DNA of 64,000 nt from an uncultured Verrucomicrobiae bacterium (GTDB lineage Bacteria > Verrucomicrobiota > Verrucomicrobiia > Limisphaerales > JAFGQR01). The DNA is taken from assembly GCA_963788655.1 (NCBI GenBank), contig CAWBHS010000049.1:32001-96000 (forward strand), read 5' to 3'. This document shows positions 63,513-64,000 of the stretch, in pieces; position 1 is the first letter of the stretch; every line of letters starts with the position of its first letter. The position numbers and the translations under genes are program-made. The notes under the pieces were generated by a model, which did not search any database, had not been told where the DNA came from, and worked only from the letters and a program-made list of their open reading frames with translations.

Positions 63513-63543
63513 CCTATCTGTGCGTCCACCTTGGCTCGCCGGA

Positions 63544-63720
63544 TTAATTACTCCTCGCTCCAGGGAAGCGTTTCAGCTCGGCCATGACAATCCTTTCCAC
63601 CTGTGCTTCGTCGGTCTCCTGACGTTCCTCCCAGAGCCCGCAGTGCCGCAGAATTTTCTCCGTCAGTTTTCTTGCTTTGGGCCAGCCCAGCACTTCGATG
63701 CTGGTTCGGCGTAAAGGATG
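63544..63720 (-). pseudogene. Possible IS91-like (Y2) transposase C-terminal remnant
   Basis: EKILRHCGLW resembles the C-terminal motif of IS91-like transposases; nothing else of the enzyme is visible. Confidence 0.35.
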
Positions 63721-64000
63721 AGGGGGGCAATCCGTTGGTGCTGATGATGGCTTCTGCCATGGGTTGATTGCCGACAATGACGACGCGTCCCGATTGACCG
63801 AGGTAGTTGGTTGTGTTGGTGCCGTCTGATTGTTGGCGCACGCTTCCGGCGATGTTCACGCGGATGAATTTGGATGATTGGTTGGTGTGGGCGGTGAAGT
63901 TTGGGCAGGCAACCTGCTGGTGGCTCAATGTGCCCACAAGTAATCCAGGCGCAGAGGGTTTCCTGATGAAAATGGCTCGCGATATGTTAGGGGATGGCAA
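63720..64000 (-). other. Fragment of an extracellular-type protein, disrupted or partial
   Basis: Asn/Thr-rich frame ...QSGRVVIVGNQPMAEAIISTNG running into the remnant above. Confidence 0.3.

Overview
GC-rich bacterial chromosome segment, most likely Verrucomicrobiota (inferred from gene content such as the H-X9-DG prepilin-type protein and PQQ-propeller cluster, and from the style of the intergenic repeats). Left to right: a fused LMW-phosphatase/RpiB/GlyA gene, a catalytically dead S41-like gene, purD, and a PQQ-propeller/malectin + ABC exporter cluster. Next come a RelE-type toxin-antitoxin (TA) module between two copies of a thiC 3' tail and a ~21 kb heavy-metal region (two cusCBA sets, copA, a CnrYXH-like ECF system with three copies of a shared promoter motif, and a REP-flanked RAYT splitting one cus operon). 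Then kdsA, an unannotated structured minus-strand RNA-like element, a second ABC/MFP exporter, Weimberg-type genes, and a polysaccharide export locus with a Wzc-Wza fusion. At 52.4-57.5 kb a Y1/HUH transposase is followed by an array of three ~175-bp REPIN-like hairpins that separate two self-promoted VapBC cassettes, all bracketed by a duplicated TPR-gene 3' end. The window ends with a GH20 fusion gene and gene remnants. Many genes carry single-base indels that look like long-read consensus errors. I saw no rRNA, tRNA or CRISPR array. Family assignments come from motif recognition, not database searches.
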